Below are positions 9,395 through 18,806 of a stretch of DNA of 64,000 nucleotides, piece after piece (the stretch's first letter is position 1; every line of letters starts with the position of its first letter). Where the stretch lies: NCBI GenBank assembly GCA_965223665.1, contig OZ245011.1:3200001-3264000 (forward strand), written 5' to 3'. Both the position numbers and the translations under genes were made by a program. Below the pieces are notes generated by a model. It ran no database searches. It saw only the letters and a program-made list of their open reading frames with translations, and was not told the origin of the DNA. The stretch comes from Nitrospinaceae bacterium. Its GTDB lineage: Bacteria; Nitrospinota; Nitrospinia; Nitrospinales; Nitrospinaceae.

Positions 9395-9856
9395 TTACTT
9401 TTTTTCAGGTTCGCTGCCTGGAATGCCACCGACAATCTCTCCAGTTGCCTCATCTTCAAACCAAAATCTTACGTGGTAACCTTTTGCTTCAAACTTAACT
9501 ATGTAAGTTTTTCCCGGTTCTGCATCCAACCACAACACACCATAAGCAGATTGATTATCAAAATAATATCTAATTCCCAAGTAGTGTCTACTTGGCTCCA
9601 GTAAAACACTTTTAGGTGGATTCGAAAATATATTTGTTGTTAGTCTACCGTCCACCGTTTTTATAACAACACCTCTTTCTAAATCTATCAAAAAACTTTC
9701 TACTTTTTCAGAATGACCTTTAATTAGTGCTAATTGCTCTTGAGGTTTCGTTTCTCCTTTGTAAAATTTTAATGGTCCCTTTGAAGCACAGCCTACTGAC
9801 AAGTAAGATAAAAATAAAAAAATAAGAAAATAATTTAAATTTTTAAAAAATGGGAT
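9395..9856 (-). CDS. Putative lipoprotein (start codon uncertain)
   Basis: Frame is open upstream of TTG 9802 and encodes a hydrophobic stretch plus lipobox (NYFLIFLFLSYLSVG-C); only ATC/ATT codons are available as starts. Confidence 0.6.
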   Translation of the reverse strand: MPFFKNLNYFLIFLFLSYLSVGCASKGPLKFYKGETKPQEQLALIKGHSEKVESFLIDLERGVVIKTVDGRLTTNIFSNPPKSVLLEPSRHYLGIRYYFDNQSAYGVLWLDAEPGKTYIVKFEAKGYHVRFWFEDEATGEIVGGIPGSEPEKK

Positions 9857-9930
9857 TGTCTTAAATCTTTGCTATATAAAAAGTAGTGAATTTTATCAAA
9901 AATTTAAGAAAAAATTTTTTTAATTTAGAA

Positions 9931-11157
9931 TCAATTGAAAATTGAAGAAATAGTTTGAGTAATATTTTCTTTTTCTTTGAAACTTAATGTGAAAAAAGAA
10001 ATTCCAATTTTATATGCTTTAATATAAGATTCCACTCGAGTTACTGAACCCATTAAATTTAAAGAGGTTTCTAAGGCAGGAATGGAAAGGCTCAATTTCA
10101 CTTTAGTGCCTTTACTTATAACTGTTGTTGATTCCACCAGCAATCCGGACTGGCTGATATTGATTAAATTTGTTTCCAAATAATTATTTGTAGAGGAAAA
10201 ACGTAATGGGTGAATTTCTACTTTTCCTGAACAGGAAAAACGGTTACTGTTTCGCATTTCTTTGGAATACAATTTAGCGCGATTTTTTCCCAGGGCCTTT
10301 GCCATATATAGAGCTTTATCGGCACAATCCAATAGTTCTATCGAAGTCAAAGCATCTAATGGGAAAGTGGCTATCCCACAGCTAACTGTAATACCCACCT
10401 GTTGATTTCCAAAATTAAATTTTAAGTTTTCAATATTTTGTCGAAATCGTTGGGCCAGGACTAATGCTTTTTGTTTACTAGTTTCGGGTAGAATTAATAC
10501 CAACTCTTCTCCCCCGTATCTAGCTGCTGTATCTTCCCCACGTTTATTTCTTTTAATTTCGTTTGCCACCTTCCTAAGAACCTCATCCCCTGCAAGGTGA
10601 CCATATAAATCATTTATGGTTTTAAAATCATCTAAATCAAAAAATACAATAGAAAAATCTGTTTCATAACGCTTGGCCCGGGATAATTCAACTTTCAATA
10701 TTTCTTCAAATGAACTTCGGTTAAATAATCCTGTAAGTGAATCATTCCTTGAATTTTGTTGTGTTTTTTCAAATTCACTTAACTCGACAAGTTTGGGATG
10801 ATTAAAATATATTTTTTCAGATAATAAAAAGTCGCAGGCCGCAGTGATTAAATTCACTGAGCGGTCCAATCCTTTTTCCATGCTCCTCCAGTGGGAGACG
10901 ATTTTTTGCCAAATCTGTTCTGCCTGATTTTCTTTGAAATCTAATTGGGTCAGTAATTTAAGAAGAATGGAATAAACGGGTTTTCCAAAGGCTTTTTCTA
11001 AAGCATCGATTTCAGTTAAAATATTGATCTGATTTTTGGGAAATCGATTTATTAAATCAAGGAGTGTTCTTCTAAGGTAGACTTTTTGGGGAATGATTTC
11101 TGATTTATCCCAACTTAGAATTCCATCCGTAGAGTTCTTTGTATTCAGTTTTGCCAT
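9931..11157 (-). CDS. Diguanylate cyclase with C-terminal PilZ domain
   Basis: DSLTGLFNR, DLDDFK..ND..GH..GD, RGED I-site, RYGGEEL; PilZ RNSNR and NISQSG. Confidence 0.9.
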   Translation of the reverse strand: MAKLNTKNSTDGILSWDKSEIIPQKVYLRRTLLDLINRFPKNQINILTEIDALEKAFGKPVYSILLKLLTQLDFKENQAEQIWQKIVSHWRSMEKGLDRSVNLITAACDFLLSEKIYFNHPKLVELSEFEKTQQNSRNDSLTGLFNRSSFEEILKVELSRAKRYETDFSIVFFDLDDFKTINDLYGHLAGDEVLRKVANEIKRNKRGEDTAARYGGEELVLILPETSKQKALVLAQRFRQNIENLKFNFGNQQVGITVSCGIATFPLDALTSIELLDCADKALYMAKALGKNRAKLYSKEMRNSNRFSCSGKVEIHPLRFSSTNNYLETNLINISQSGLLVESTTVISKGTKVKLSLSIPALETSLNLMGSVTRVESYIKAYKIGISFFTLSFKEKENITQTISSIFN

Positions 11158-11250
11158 TATAAGTATGAAAAATTTTTTCTTAATTAATGGGCATCCTGCC
11201 TTTTAATTATTAATTCAATTTTGGGGTTACTAACTTAATTCTTAAAAGAG

Positions 11251-12426
11251 TTATTTAGACTCCATTACTGAAAATTGTGACTGCTTGATCAAAAAATCTA
11301 AAATTTCTTTTTGTTCTTTGTGCCTGACTTGAACAAATGAAACTCCAATATCATACCCTGGATCCAAAGATTCTAGTCGAACAACCGTTCCCAAAAGAAT
11401 GGTTGGATTTTGTGGATTAGGAATAGGAACTTGTAATTGAATGCGAGATCCTATTTCTATTACTTCAGAACTTTCAAATAACATTCCAGAAAGACTTAAA
11501 TCTTTTCCAGTTGCAGAAACTTGATTATAGTTTAACCAATTATCCAGTCTGTTAATGACCACTGGGCCAGCAAAATCCGCACGGACATATTGTCGTTTGT
11601 CAGAGGAATATAAATTAATCTGATTTTTTCCGGAAGCCTTGGATCGATAAAGGGCTTGATCAGCACATTCAATAATTCCCTCAGCAGTAATAGCATCATG
11701 TGGATAAGTAGCAATTCCTCCACTCATGGTTACGGAAAAGTTTATTCCTCCGAACGATAGAGGAAGTTCAGAAATTTTTTGTCGAATCCGTTCAGCCTTT
11801 ATTACTGCATTGGATTTGCTAGTTGATGGAAGGACCAGAACCAATTCTTCTCCTCCATAACGGGCAGCAATATCTTCCCCTCGCTTTTCTGTTCTTATTA
11901 AGTCTGCAATTTTACTGAGCGCTAAATCTCCACCCAGGTGACCCACAGTATCGTTAATACGCTTAAAATTATCTATATCAAAAAATATGAGAGAAAATTC
12001 GGTTTTGTAGCGTTTAGCTCGGGAGATTTCCCCCTGAAGAGCTTCTTCAAAATAACCTCTATTATATAAACCAGTTAGGTAATCACATTTAGAATAGTGG
12101 CTGGCTTCTTCAAAAACTTTCAACTCAACAACTTTAGGATAGGTAAAAGCTTTACGAACCGTAAGAAAGTAATCGCAAATCGCGGTTAATAAATTAACTT
12201 GCCTAGAAAGAGATTGGCTAATTTTTTTTCTATGCTTTAAGATCTCTTCCCAAATACCTTTAGCCTCAAGGTCGCTAAATTCTAATTGTGTCAAAACATT
12301 AAGTAGAACAGGAAAAACCAGATCACCTTCCTTTTCTACTATGGCTTCTAAATCATGCAAGAATAGTTCTTCATCCTCACCATGATTTTTAACAAATTCA
12401 ATAATTGTGTTTCTAAGAGGTTGCAT
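11251..12426 (-). CDS. Diguanylate cyclase with C-terminal PilZ domain (paralog)
   Basis: DYLTGLYNR, DIDNFK, GHLGGD, RGED, RYGGEEL; PilZ RQYVR and DLSLSG. Confidence 0.9.
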   Translation of the reverse strand: MQPLRNTIIEFVKNHGEDEELFLHDLEAIVEKEGDLVFPVLLNVLTQLEFSDLEAKGIWEEILKHRKKISQSLSRQVNLLTAICDYFLTVRKAFTYPKVVELKVFEEASHYSKCDYLTGLYNRGYFEEALQGEISRAKRYKTEFSLIFFDIDNFKRINDTVGHLGGDLALSKIADLIRTEKRGEDIAARYGGEELVLVLPSTSKSNAVIKAERIRQKISELPLSFGGINFSVTMSGGIATYPHDAITAEGIIECADQALYRSKASGKNQINLYSSDKRQYVRADFAGPVVINRLDNWLNYNQVSATGKDLSLSGMLFESSEVIEIGSRIQLQVPIPNPQNPTILLGTVVRLESLDPGYDIGVSFVQVRHKEQKEILDFLIKQSQFSVMESK

Positions 12427-12601
12427 AACAGATTTACAGAATTCTTATAAATTAGACCAATTAAAGTAATACAGATTTGAAGTGAAAATTTAAATACCCC
12501 ATAGAGGTGATTTTGTAAAACTCACCCCTTTTTAATTTAAATTGATGAATTTGTCAAAGGGTTTTCGAATCCAAGTTTTCAACTAGGCCAAATTCAACAC
12601 A

Positions 12602-13954
12602 TTATACCACTTCTAGCGTTTTTAGGTTCTTTAAATTTTCGGAGAATCGTAATGCATCTTCCCCAACTGGGGTGAGTTTGTTTCCAATTACATTTAAAAA
12701 TACCAATTCGTTAAGAAATTTGGAGTTCGCTAGTGAGCGTGCCCCGTCATCGCCTATGAAATTTAATCCAAGAACCAATATGCGTAAATTGGAAAAAGTC
12801 TTAGACTCTGCAATGGCTTTTGCCCCTGAGGCGTGAATCCAATTGTCTTGCTCTAAATATAAAGCTTCTAAGTTTTTCAGGTAATTGCTTTCTGCTAAAG
12901 CAGTAATGCCCTTATCTGAAATGGCATTATTGTTCAAATGGAGAGTTTTTAAGTTTATCAAATTATTTCCATTGGCTAGAGCAATTGCACCTTCAGCATT
13001 CAAATTGTTTTCACCTAGGTTTAAGAATTCCAATTGGCAGGAATTTCTAGACTCAACTAATGCTTTGGTCCCTTCAGCACGAATATCATTATTATTTAAA
13101 TTAAGACGTTTCAGTTGGGTAAATCTATTAGATTTACCCAGGGTGATAGCACTATCTGCTGTTAAACTGTTACATTTTAATTGTAATTCTTCTAATGACA
13201 GGCAAAGGTCCGAGTTAGCAATGGAGTAAACCCCATCATCTCCTAAATGGTTATTATTTAATTTTAAAGATTTTAAATTGGGAAAAGAGGTGGTTTGCCC
13301 TAAATAATCTGCACCACGATCAGTTAAATTATTTTCTGAAAGATCTAGCATTTCCAATTTTTCCATTCGTGGAAATTTGGGAAAATATTTTGTCCCTTCA
13401 TCGCCGATTCCAGTGTCAGTAAGGTTTAAGGAACGAAGACGATTCCCCAACTCGGATTCAGCTAATGCTTTTGCACCTAAGTTTGTGATCTGGTTATATG
13501 AAAGATCCAGATTTTCCAGGTTAACTAAAGTCATGCTTTTGGATAATGCTTTGGAACCAATTGGGCCCAATTCATTACAGGTTAAATTCAAAGATTTTAA
13601 ATTTTTGAATACCTCGACTTTGGATAAATAAAAAACACCATCATCATCGACATTATTATTTCCCAGGTTTAAATGTTCTAACCCAGATAAAAAAGGAGAT
13701 ACGCATAAGTATTGAAGGTTAGTCGTGTTAAGACCGGCTTGAGTTAGGTTTAACTTTTTAACGTTTGCTAAAGGTTTTAATGCCGAAAGAATTTTATATT
13801 CTTTTTCTGAAAGGGGTTGCAAAGAAAGATCAAGATGGGTGGGGTCTTTCTCCAACTTTTGCTGAATGATATATATCAAATCTTCAGCCTCAGTGTACTT
13901 CTCAAAATATCGAAGGAATTCCAAGCTATTATTAATGTCTTTAGCTTCCGTCAT
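12602..13954 (-). CDS. RNI-like leucine-rich repeat protein
   Basis: About 14 tandem repeats of about 27 aa, LxxLxLxxNxIxDxGAxALAxSxxLxN. Confidence 0.9.
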   Translation of the reverse strand: MTEAKDINNSLEFLRYFEKYTEAEDLIYIIQQKLEKDPTHLDLSLQPLSEKEYKILSALKPLANVKKLNLTQAGLNTTNLQYLCVSPFLSGLEHLNLGNNNVDDDGVFYLSKVEVFKNLKSLNLTCNELGPIGSKALSKSMTLVNLENLDLSYNQITNLGAKALAESELGNRLRSLNLTDTGIGDEGTKYFPKFPRMEKLEMLDLSENNLTDRGADYLGQTTSFPNLKSLKLNNNHLGDDGVYSIANSDLCLSLEELQLKCNSLTADSAITLGKSNRFTQLKRLNLNNNDIRAEGTKALVESRNSCQLEFLNLGENNLNAEGAIALANGNNLINLKTLHLNNNAISDKGITALAESNYLKNLEALYLEQDNWIHASGAKAIAESKTFSNLRILVLGLNFIGDDGARSLANSKFLNELVFLNVIGNKLTPVGEDALRFSENLKNLKTLEVV

Positions 13955-14040
13955 TTACTTTTAGGATTGGGATTTGTCTTGCCTGGATTATATCATTCAA
14001 ATAATAAGAGGAAAAGAGGTTGGCAAAAGAGGGTTTCTAT

Positions 14041-14082
14041 AAGAAAAAAGAGGAGAAAAAAGAAAGAAGAAAAAAGGGAAAA
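14041..14082. repeat. 42-nt homopurine tract with three GAAAAAAG units
   Basis: Only A/G from 14041 to 14082; GAAAAAAG at 14043, 14055 and 14069. Confidence 0.8.
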
Positions 14083-14089
14083 TATTTGA

Positions 14090-17000
14090 TTAATTCAAAT
14101 TTACTGAAACTACTTTAGAAACGCCGCGTTCTTCCATGGTGACACCATATAGGGTATTGGCAAAAGACATACTTTTTTGATTATGGGTGATGATGATGAA
14201 TTGCGTTTTTTCAGACATTTCTTTGAGCATTTCTTGAAATCGAACTACATTGGCTTCGTCTAAGGCAGCATCAACTTCATCTAAGAGAACAAAAGGGCTG
14301 GGACGCACTTTTAATATTGCAAAAACCAATGCAATGGCGGTCATGGATTTTTCTCCCCCCGAGAGAAGTGTGATATTGTGCATGGATTTACCTAAGGGGC
14401 TGGCGGTGATCTCAATTCCCGTTTCCAAAGGATCTTCAGGATCCACCAGGGAAAGTTCTGCTTTACCACCCAAAAACAACCTTTGAAAAATAGATTTAAA
14501 TTTTTCATTTACCTCTTCAAAAGTATCCAAAAATAATTTTTTTGTGGTTTTATCCATCTTTTCAACTGTCTGGTGGAGAGAAAGAATAGATTCAGCTAAA
14601 TCTTCTTGTTGTTTTTGAAGAAACAAATATCTTTCATTAGCTACTTTAAAATCAGACAAAGCTGCTAAATTAACTTCTCCAATACGTGCTACTTTGTCTT
14701 TTAGGGCGGCTAACTTTTCTGCAACTTCCTCTTCATCTACATCCCCTTCACTGGTATGGAGGATGTCATCAACGGTTACGTTAAAATCTTCCCAAGCTCT
14801 TTCTTCAATATGGGAAATTTGTAAATTTAATTCAGAACTTTTTAGTTCATTTTTGGAAATTGCTTCGGTCAATTCTTGAATTTGTCTTGAAAGTAGTCTG
14901 GAATCTTGATCCAGTTGATTCAGTAAAGTTTCTTTTTCTTTAAATATCTCCTCTTCTTGAACAATATGTTTTCGCAAACCTTCTGTTTCTTCAGAGTTTC
15001 TTAAAATTAAATTTTCAAATTCACTGATTGCCTGTGAACCTGATTCAATTTTTTCCTTATTAGTCTTACCTTCGGATTCCCTCAAGGTAATTCGCTGTTT
15101 TAAGTTTTCTTGTTGTAATTGTAAACGCTTTATATCAATTTCTATGTTCTCAAATTTTCCTTTCTGTGAAGCCATTTGAACTTTAATCTGATTTATTTCC
15201 TCGTTTTGTTGGTCCAGAACAATACGCTGCTCATTGGAGGTTTTCTGCAAGTCTTGAAGCAGGGTTTCTAATTGTTGCTTTTCTTCTTCTGTCTGACTTT
15301 TTGAGCTTACGATAGTTTCTAATTCCTGGGACAATTCATTTTTTTCATGAAGATTATTAGATTGCTCATATTTTAAATTGGACAATTTTTTTTCCAGTCG
15401 CCCTAACTCAATTTGCAGTTGTTCCATCTCATTTTTTCGATTATTTTTTTCAATTTCGATTTCATGTATTTCCGAGTTGAGATTTTTGTAATTTTCATTC
15501 ACCAAAGAAAAACTACTAGCAACATTTTCTTTGTCAGCAACCACCGTATTTAAAGCTTGGTTTAAAGCTTCCACTTGATTGCCCAGTTCATCGATTTCAC
15601 GGTTTTGGACTAACAAACCCTGGTTGGATTCTTCAGACAACCCTCCTGTCACCACCCCCTGTGAATCAATAACTTCTCCATTTAAAGTTACGACGGTTCC
15701 AGTGAATTCTTCCATATGGTGTATGTGAAAAGCGGTCTCTAAATCTTTTACTACCACTACATTTCCTAAAAGCATATTTAGAAGAGTTTTATATTCTTCT
15801 GGTGTTTCAATGAAGTCCGATAACTTCCCAATGGCTCCTTGATTTCCATTCATAGTAGCAAAAGTAATTGCTGTTGGTTTAGGCTGTAATGGAATAAATG
15901 AACCTCGTCCCGATTTATGTTCCCTTAAGTAGCGGATTGCGTCTACGGTATTGGAATAGGAGTCTACAATAATACTTTGAAGTCGATCCCCCAAAACCGC
16001 TTCCACTGCTTTTTCAAATTCAGCCGGAGCTTTTATGACATCTACAATTACTTCTTTTAATCCTAATGGTCGGTCCCCATTCGCGTGGCTCATTAATGCT
16101 TTTACGCCTTCACCAAATCCCTCAAATTTTGTTCGCAATTCTTTTAAGGATTTGAAAAGAGAAGATTGCGAAAGAAATGCTTCTTTGGAAGAATGAATTT
16201 CCTGATCTAAAATTTCTAGTTTTGAGTTTAAGGCATTTAACTCTAACTCCATTTGAGCCTGATTTTGTTTGCTGGATTCCCAGTGGTGCTTTTTTTCATT
16301 AAAAAGGGATTCTGCCTTCTGTAATTTAGTTTGAATCTCAATTGATTGGGATTCCGTGTCTTTTTGCTCATTCTGAAGTTTGATTTCTCTATCTTTTAGA
16401 AACTCTTGTCGGGTTTCCAACGAAGCAATTTGATTTTTTTGCTGGGAAATTTTATTAAATAGATCTAGTAGTTGGCTTTCGCTGGATTTTATTCGATTGC
16501 CAAGTTCATTTAGTAGTCCTTTCCCATGCTCCCATTCGCGCAATTTAAACTCACACTTTTCTTCATGGGATTTAATTTCCTCGCCCACCAAATTAAGTTC
16601 GTTTTGTTGCTTTTCTGTTTCTAATTTATGCGATTCCATTTCCGAGATCATTTGCGAAATTTCATTTTGTCCCATTTCTATATCTTTTTTTGCTTGATCG
16701 ATCTGTGCCTTTTTGAGCTCAATGTTGTGTTCGTTAGTTCGGATTTCATCGTTTAATTGTTGTAATTGTTCTCGTTTTTGATTCAGAGCTTTTGTGAGTT
16801 CCTCAATGCCTAATCGTAATTCTGTGATTTGAGAATCATATGTGGATGATTTGGCATTTAAATTTACTTTTTGTTCATTTTCTTCTTCCAAAATTTCTGT
16901 GATTTGCTCAAGTTCCTGTTGGAACTTTCTAATTCTTTTGGAAAAAAGATTAAGTGATAATTCTTTGATCTCACTTTGGAACTGCTTATAACGCTCGGCT

Positions 17001-17647
17001 TTTGCGGCTTGCCGCTTTAAAGATTCTACTTGTCGACTCAATTCCTGGACGATATCTGAAATGCGATCTAAGTTTTGTCCGGCAGTTTCAAGTTTTCTTA
17101 AAGCCTCATTTTTGCGAACTTTGAATTTCAATATCCCAGCCGCTTCCTCAATCCAAATTCTACGATCTTCCGGCTTAGAGGTAACAATATCCTGAATATG
17201 GTTCTGCTCGATCACGGTCAATACTTTGGGACTGATTCCCACGTCCAAAAATAAATCAGTGATGTCTTTTAATCTGCAAGGTATCTGATTTATATAGAAT
17301 TCACTCTCTCCAGATCTGTGGTAACACCGAGTCACTTTGATTTCGTCAGATAGGTTTTGAATATTTGCTATTCGTAAACCTTCAGGTACATTTCCCAAAG
17401 TAATGGTAATTTCTGCACGATGGACAGGTTTTCGAGAACTGCTTCCATTAAAAATTAAGTCGGTTATACGAGTTCCTCTTAGGTTTTTGGAGCTTTGCTC
17501 TCCAATAACCCAACGAATGGCATCTGATATATTGCTTTTTCCACAGCCATTTGGACCTACTACTGCAGTAAAGCCTTGGGTAAAGTCCAAACGCGTGGAA
17601 TCTACAAATGATTTAAATCCGGTCAATTCTAAATGTTTAAGGAGCAT
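14090..17647 (-). CDS. smc: Chromosome segregation protein SMC
   Basis: GFKSF, GPNGCGKSN, coiled coils, hinge GRGSFIPL, LSGGEK, LDEVDAALD, ITH. Confidence 0.98.
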   Translation of the reverse strand: MLLKHLELTGFKSFVDSTRLDFTQGFTAVVGPNGCGKSNISDAIRWVIGEQSSKNLRGTRITDLIFNGSSSRKPVHRAEITITLGNVPEGLRIANIQNLSDEIKVTRCYHRSGESEFYINQIPCRLKDITDLFLDVGISPKVLTVIEQNHIQDIVTSKPEDRRIWIEEAAGILKFKVRKNEALRKLETAGQNLDRISDIVQELSRQVESLKRQAAKAERYKQFQSEIKELSLNLFSKRIRKFQQELEQITEILEEENEQKVNLNAKSSTYDSQITELRLGIEELTKALNQKREQLQQLNDEIRTNEHNIELKKAQIDQAKKDIEMGQNEISQMISEMESHKLETEKQQNELNLVGEEIKSHEEKCEFKLREWEHGKGLLNELGNRIKSSESQLLDLFNKISQQKNQIASLETRQEFLKDREIKLQNEQKDTESQSIEIQTKLQKAESLFNEKKHHWESSKQNQAQMELELNALNSKLEILDQEIHSSKEAFLSQSSLFKSLKELRTKFEGFGEGVKALMSHANGDRPLGLKEVIVDVIKAPAEFEKAVEAVLGDRLQSIIVDSYSNTVDAIRYLREHKSGRGSFIPLQPKPTAITFATMNGNQGAIGKLSDFIETPEEYKTLLNMLLGNVVVVKDLETAFHIHHMEEFTGTVVTLNGEVIDSQGVVTGGLSEESNQGLLVQNREIDELGNQVEALNQALNTVVADKENVASSFSLVNENYKNLNSEIHEIEIEKNNRKNEMEQLQIELGRLEKKLSNLKYEQSNNLHEKNELSQELETIVSSKSQTEEEKQQLETLLQDLQKTSNEQRIVLDQQNEEINQIKVQMASQKGKFENIEIDIKRLQLQQENLKQRITLRESEGKTNKEKIESGSQAISEFENLILRNSEETEGLRKHIVQEEEIFKEKETLLNQLDQDSRLLSRQIQELTEAISKNELKSSELNLQISHIEERAWEDFNVTVDDILHTSEGDVDEEEVAEKLAALKDKVARIGEVNLAALSDFKVANERYLFLQKQQEDLAESILSLHQTVEKMDKTTKKLFLDTFEEVNEKFKSIFQRLFLGGKAELSLVDPEDPLETGIEITASPLGKSMHNITLLSGGEKSMTAIALVFAILKVRPSPFVLLDEVDAALDEANVVRFQEMLKEMSEKTQFIIITHNQKSMSFANTLYGVTMEERGVSKVVSVNLN

Positions 17648-17768
17648 AGTGATTCGGTCTTTCTAAAAAGAAGAGGTGAGTCTTGCAATAAGATGCCGAG
17701 ACATTATATCATTCCATTGACATTGTGAAACAAAATTATACATTTGGTTGGGTAAATATTTTTTTTAC

Positions 17769-17784
17769 CTACAATATATTGTGG
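17769..17784. promoter_or_regulatory. NrdR-box-like palindrome between divergent smc and ArsC-family gene
   Basis: ctACAATATATTGTgg versus consensus acaCwAtATaTwGtgt. Confidence 0.6.
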
Positions 17785-17869
17785 TTTGATTTGAATTTTT
17801 GTTAATTGATGGAACCCTTAATTTTTAAGTTATTAACGAACTTTTAAAACCCCGAGAGGCAAATAAAAC

Positions 17870-18214
17870 ATGAAATTCTATGGATACAATAAATGCGGTA
17901 CCTGTCAAAAAGCGAAAAAATTTTTAACCAGCAAGAAATTGGAATACCAGGATATTGATATCACCCAAAATCCTCCGCCCAAAACCGTTTTAAAAAAAGC
18001 CATGAAAATTTATGGGACCAAAAAACTGTTTAATACCAGCGGAGTTCAATACAAAGAACTAAAAATTAAAGATAAAATTAAAACCATGACTGAAAAAGAA
18101 GCCCTCGAATTGTTAGCAGGTAATGGACGGTTAATAAAAAGACCCATTGCAGTTGAAGGTGATAAGATAACTGTGGGCTTTAACGAAGCGGAGTATGCTC
18201 AGTCTTGGAGTTAA
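17870..18214 (+). CDS. ArsC/Spx/YffB-family thioredoxin-fold protein
   Basis: CGTC, LFNTSG..YK, LIKRP, VGF. Confidence 0.9.
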   Translation: MKFYGYNKCGTCQKAKKFLTSKKLEYQDIDITQNPPPKTVLKKAMKIYGTKKLFNTSGVQYKELKIKDKIKTMTEKEALELLAGNGRLIKRPIAVEGDKITVGFNEAEYAQSWS

Positions 18215-18242
18215 GACTTTCGAATGTTTTTTTAAAAATTAA

Positions 18243-18797
18243 ATGAACCTTACGTTATTTACCAACAAACTAATTACAGAGTACCCGGTTTTACTCCAAC
18301 CTTCAAGTGGGGATGCTAAAAGCGCGGCGGTATTGGTAATTTTTTTTAATAAGCATAACAAGCTGCATTTATTGTTAATAAAGCGCTCCGATAGACTGAA
18401 TTTACATGCTGGAGAAATTTCTTTTCCAGGTGGAAAATTTGAAGTATCCGATGAAACATTAATGAATACGGCACTAAGAGAAACTCTGGAAGAAATAAAT
18501 TTAGCGGTAGAATCACAAAAAGTATTGGCCCAATTGCCGCAAGTGAAAACCAGAACGGGATTTCTTGTGAGTCCTTTCATTTGTTATTTAGAGCAATTGA
18601 CTCCTCTCAAAAGCAATCCACGGGAAGTTTCCGAAATTCTAGAGGCGCCATTGATACCCTTGTTAGCCACCCACCACCGAGATGTGGGGCACCAATCCTC
18701 TAAAGATATGGTGGCCTATTGGTATAAACATCATAGAATTTGGGGTGCCACCGCAAAAATTATCCATCAAATTGGGAAAATCACTTCTCTAATTTAA
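18243..18797 (+). CDS. Nudix hydrolase, CoA pyrophosphatase (NudL-like)
   Basis: AAVLV, HAGEISFPGG, ALRETLEE, NPREV, IWGATA. Confidence 0.9.
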   Translation: MNLTLFTNKLITEYPVLLQPSSGDAKSAAVLVIFFNKHNKLHLLLIKRSDRLNLHAGEISFPGGKFEVSDETLMNTALRETLEEINLAVESQKVLAQLPQVKTRTGFLVSPFICYLEQLTPLKSNPREVSEILEAPLIPLLATHHRDVGHQSSKDMVAYWYKHHRIWGATAKIIHQIGKITSLI

Positions 18798-18806
18798 AAA
18801 ATATGA

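Noticed and set aside
9156-9479. 107-aa plus-strand ORF and other short antisense ORFs in the track (e.g. 2544-2804, 12885-13229, 33624-34037, 60066-60389)
   Set aside because: They are antisense shadows of well-supported genes or of the riboswitch, with no recognisable motifs
9931-12426. Hypr-type (cGAMP-making) GGDEF enzymes
   Set aside because: All GGDEF domains here keep Asp in GHxxGD, the c-di-GMP-specific residue
12504-12534. Hairpin upstream of the GGDEF-PilZ pair as a c-di-GMP riboswitch
   Set aside because: Lacks the GEMM-I (GGCAAA/GNRA-receptor) and c-di-GMP-II consensus; only a simple imperfect stem-loop
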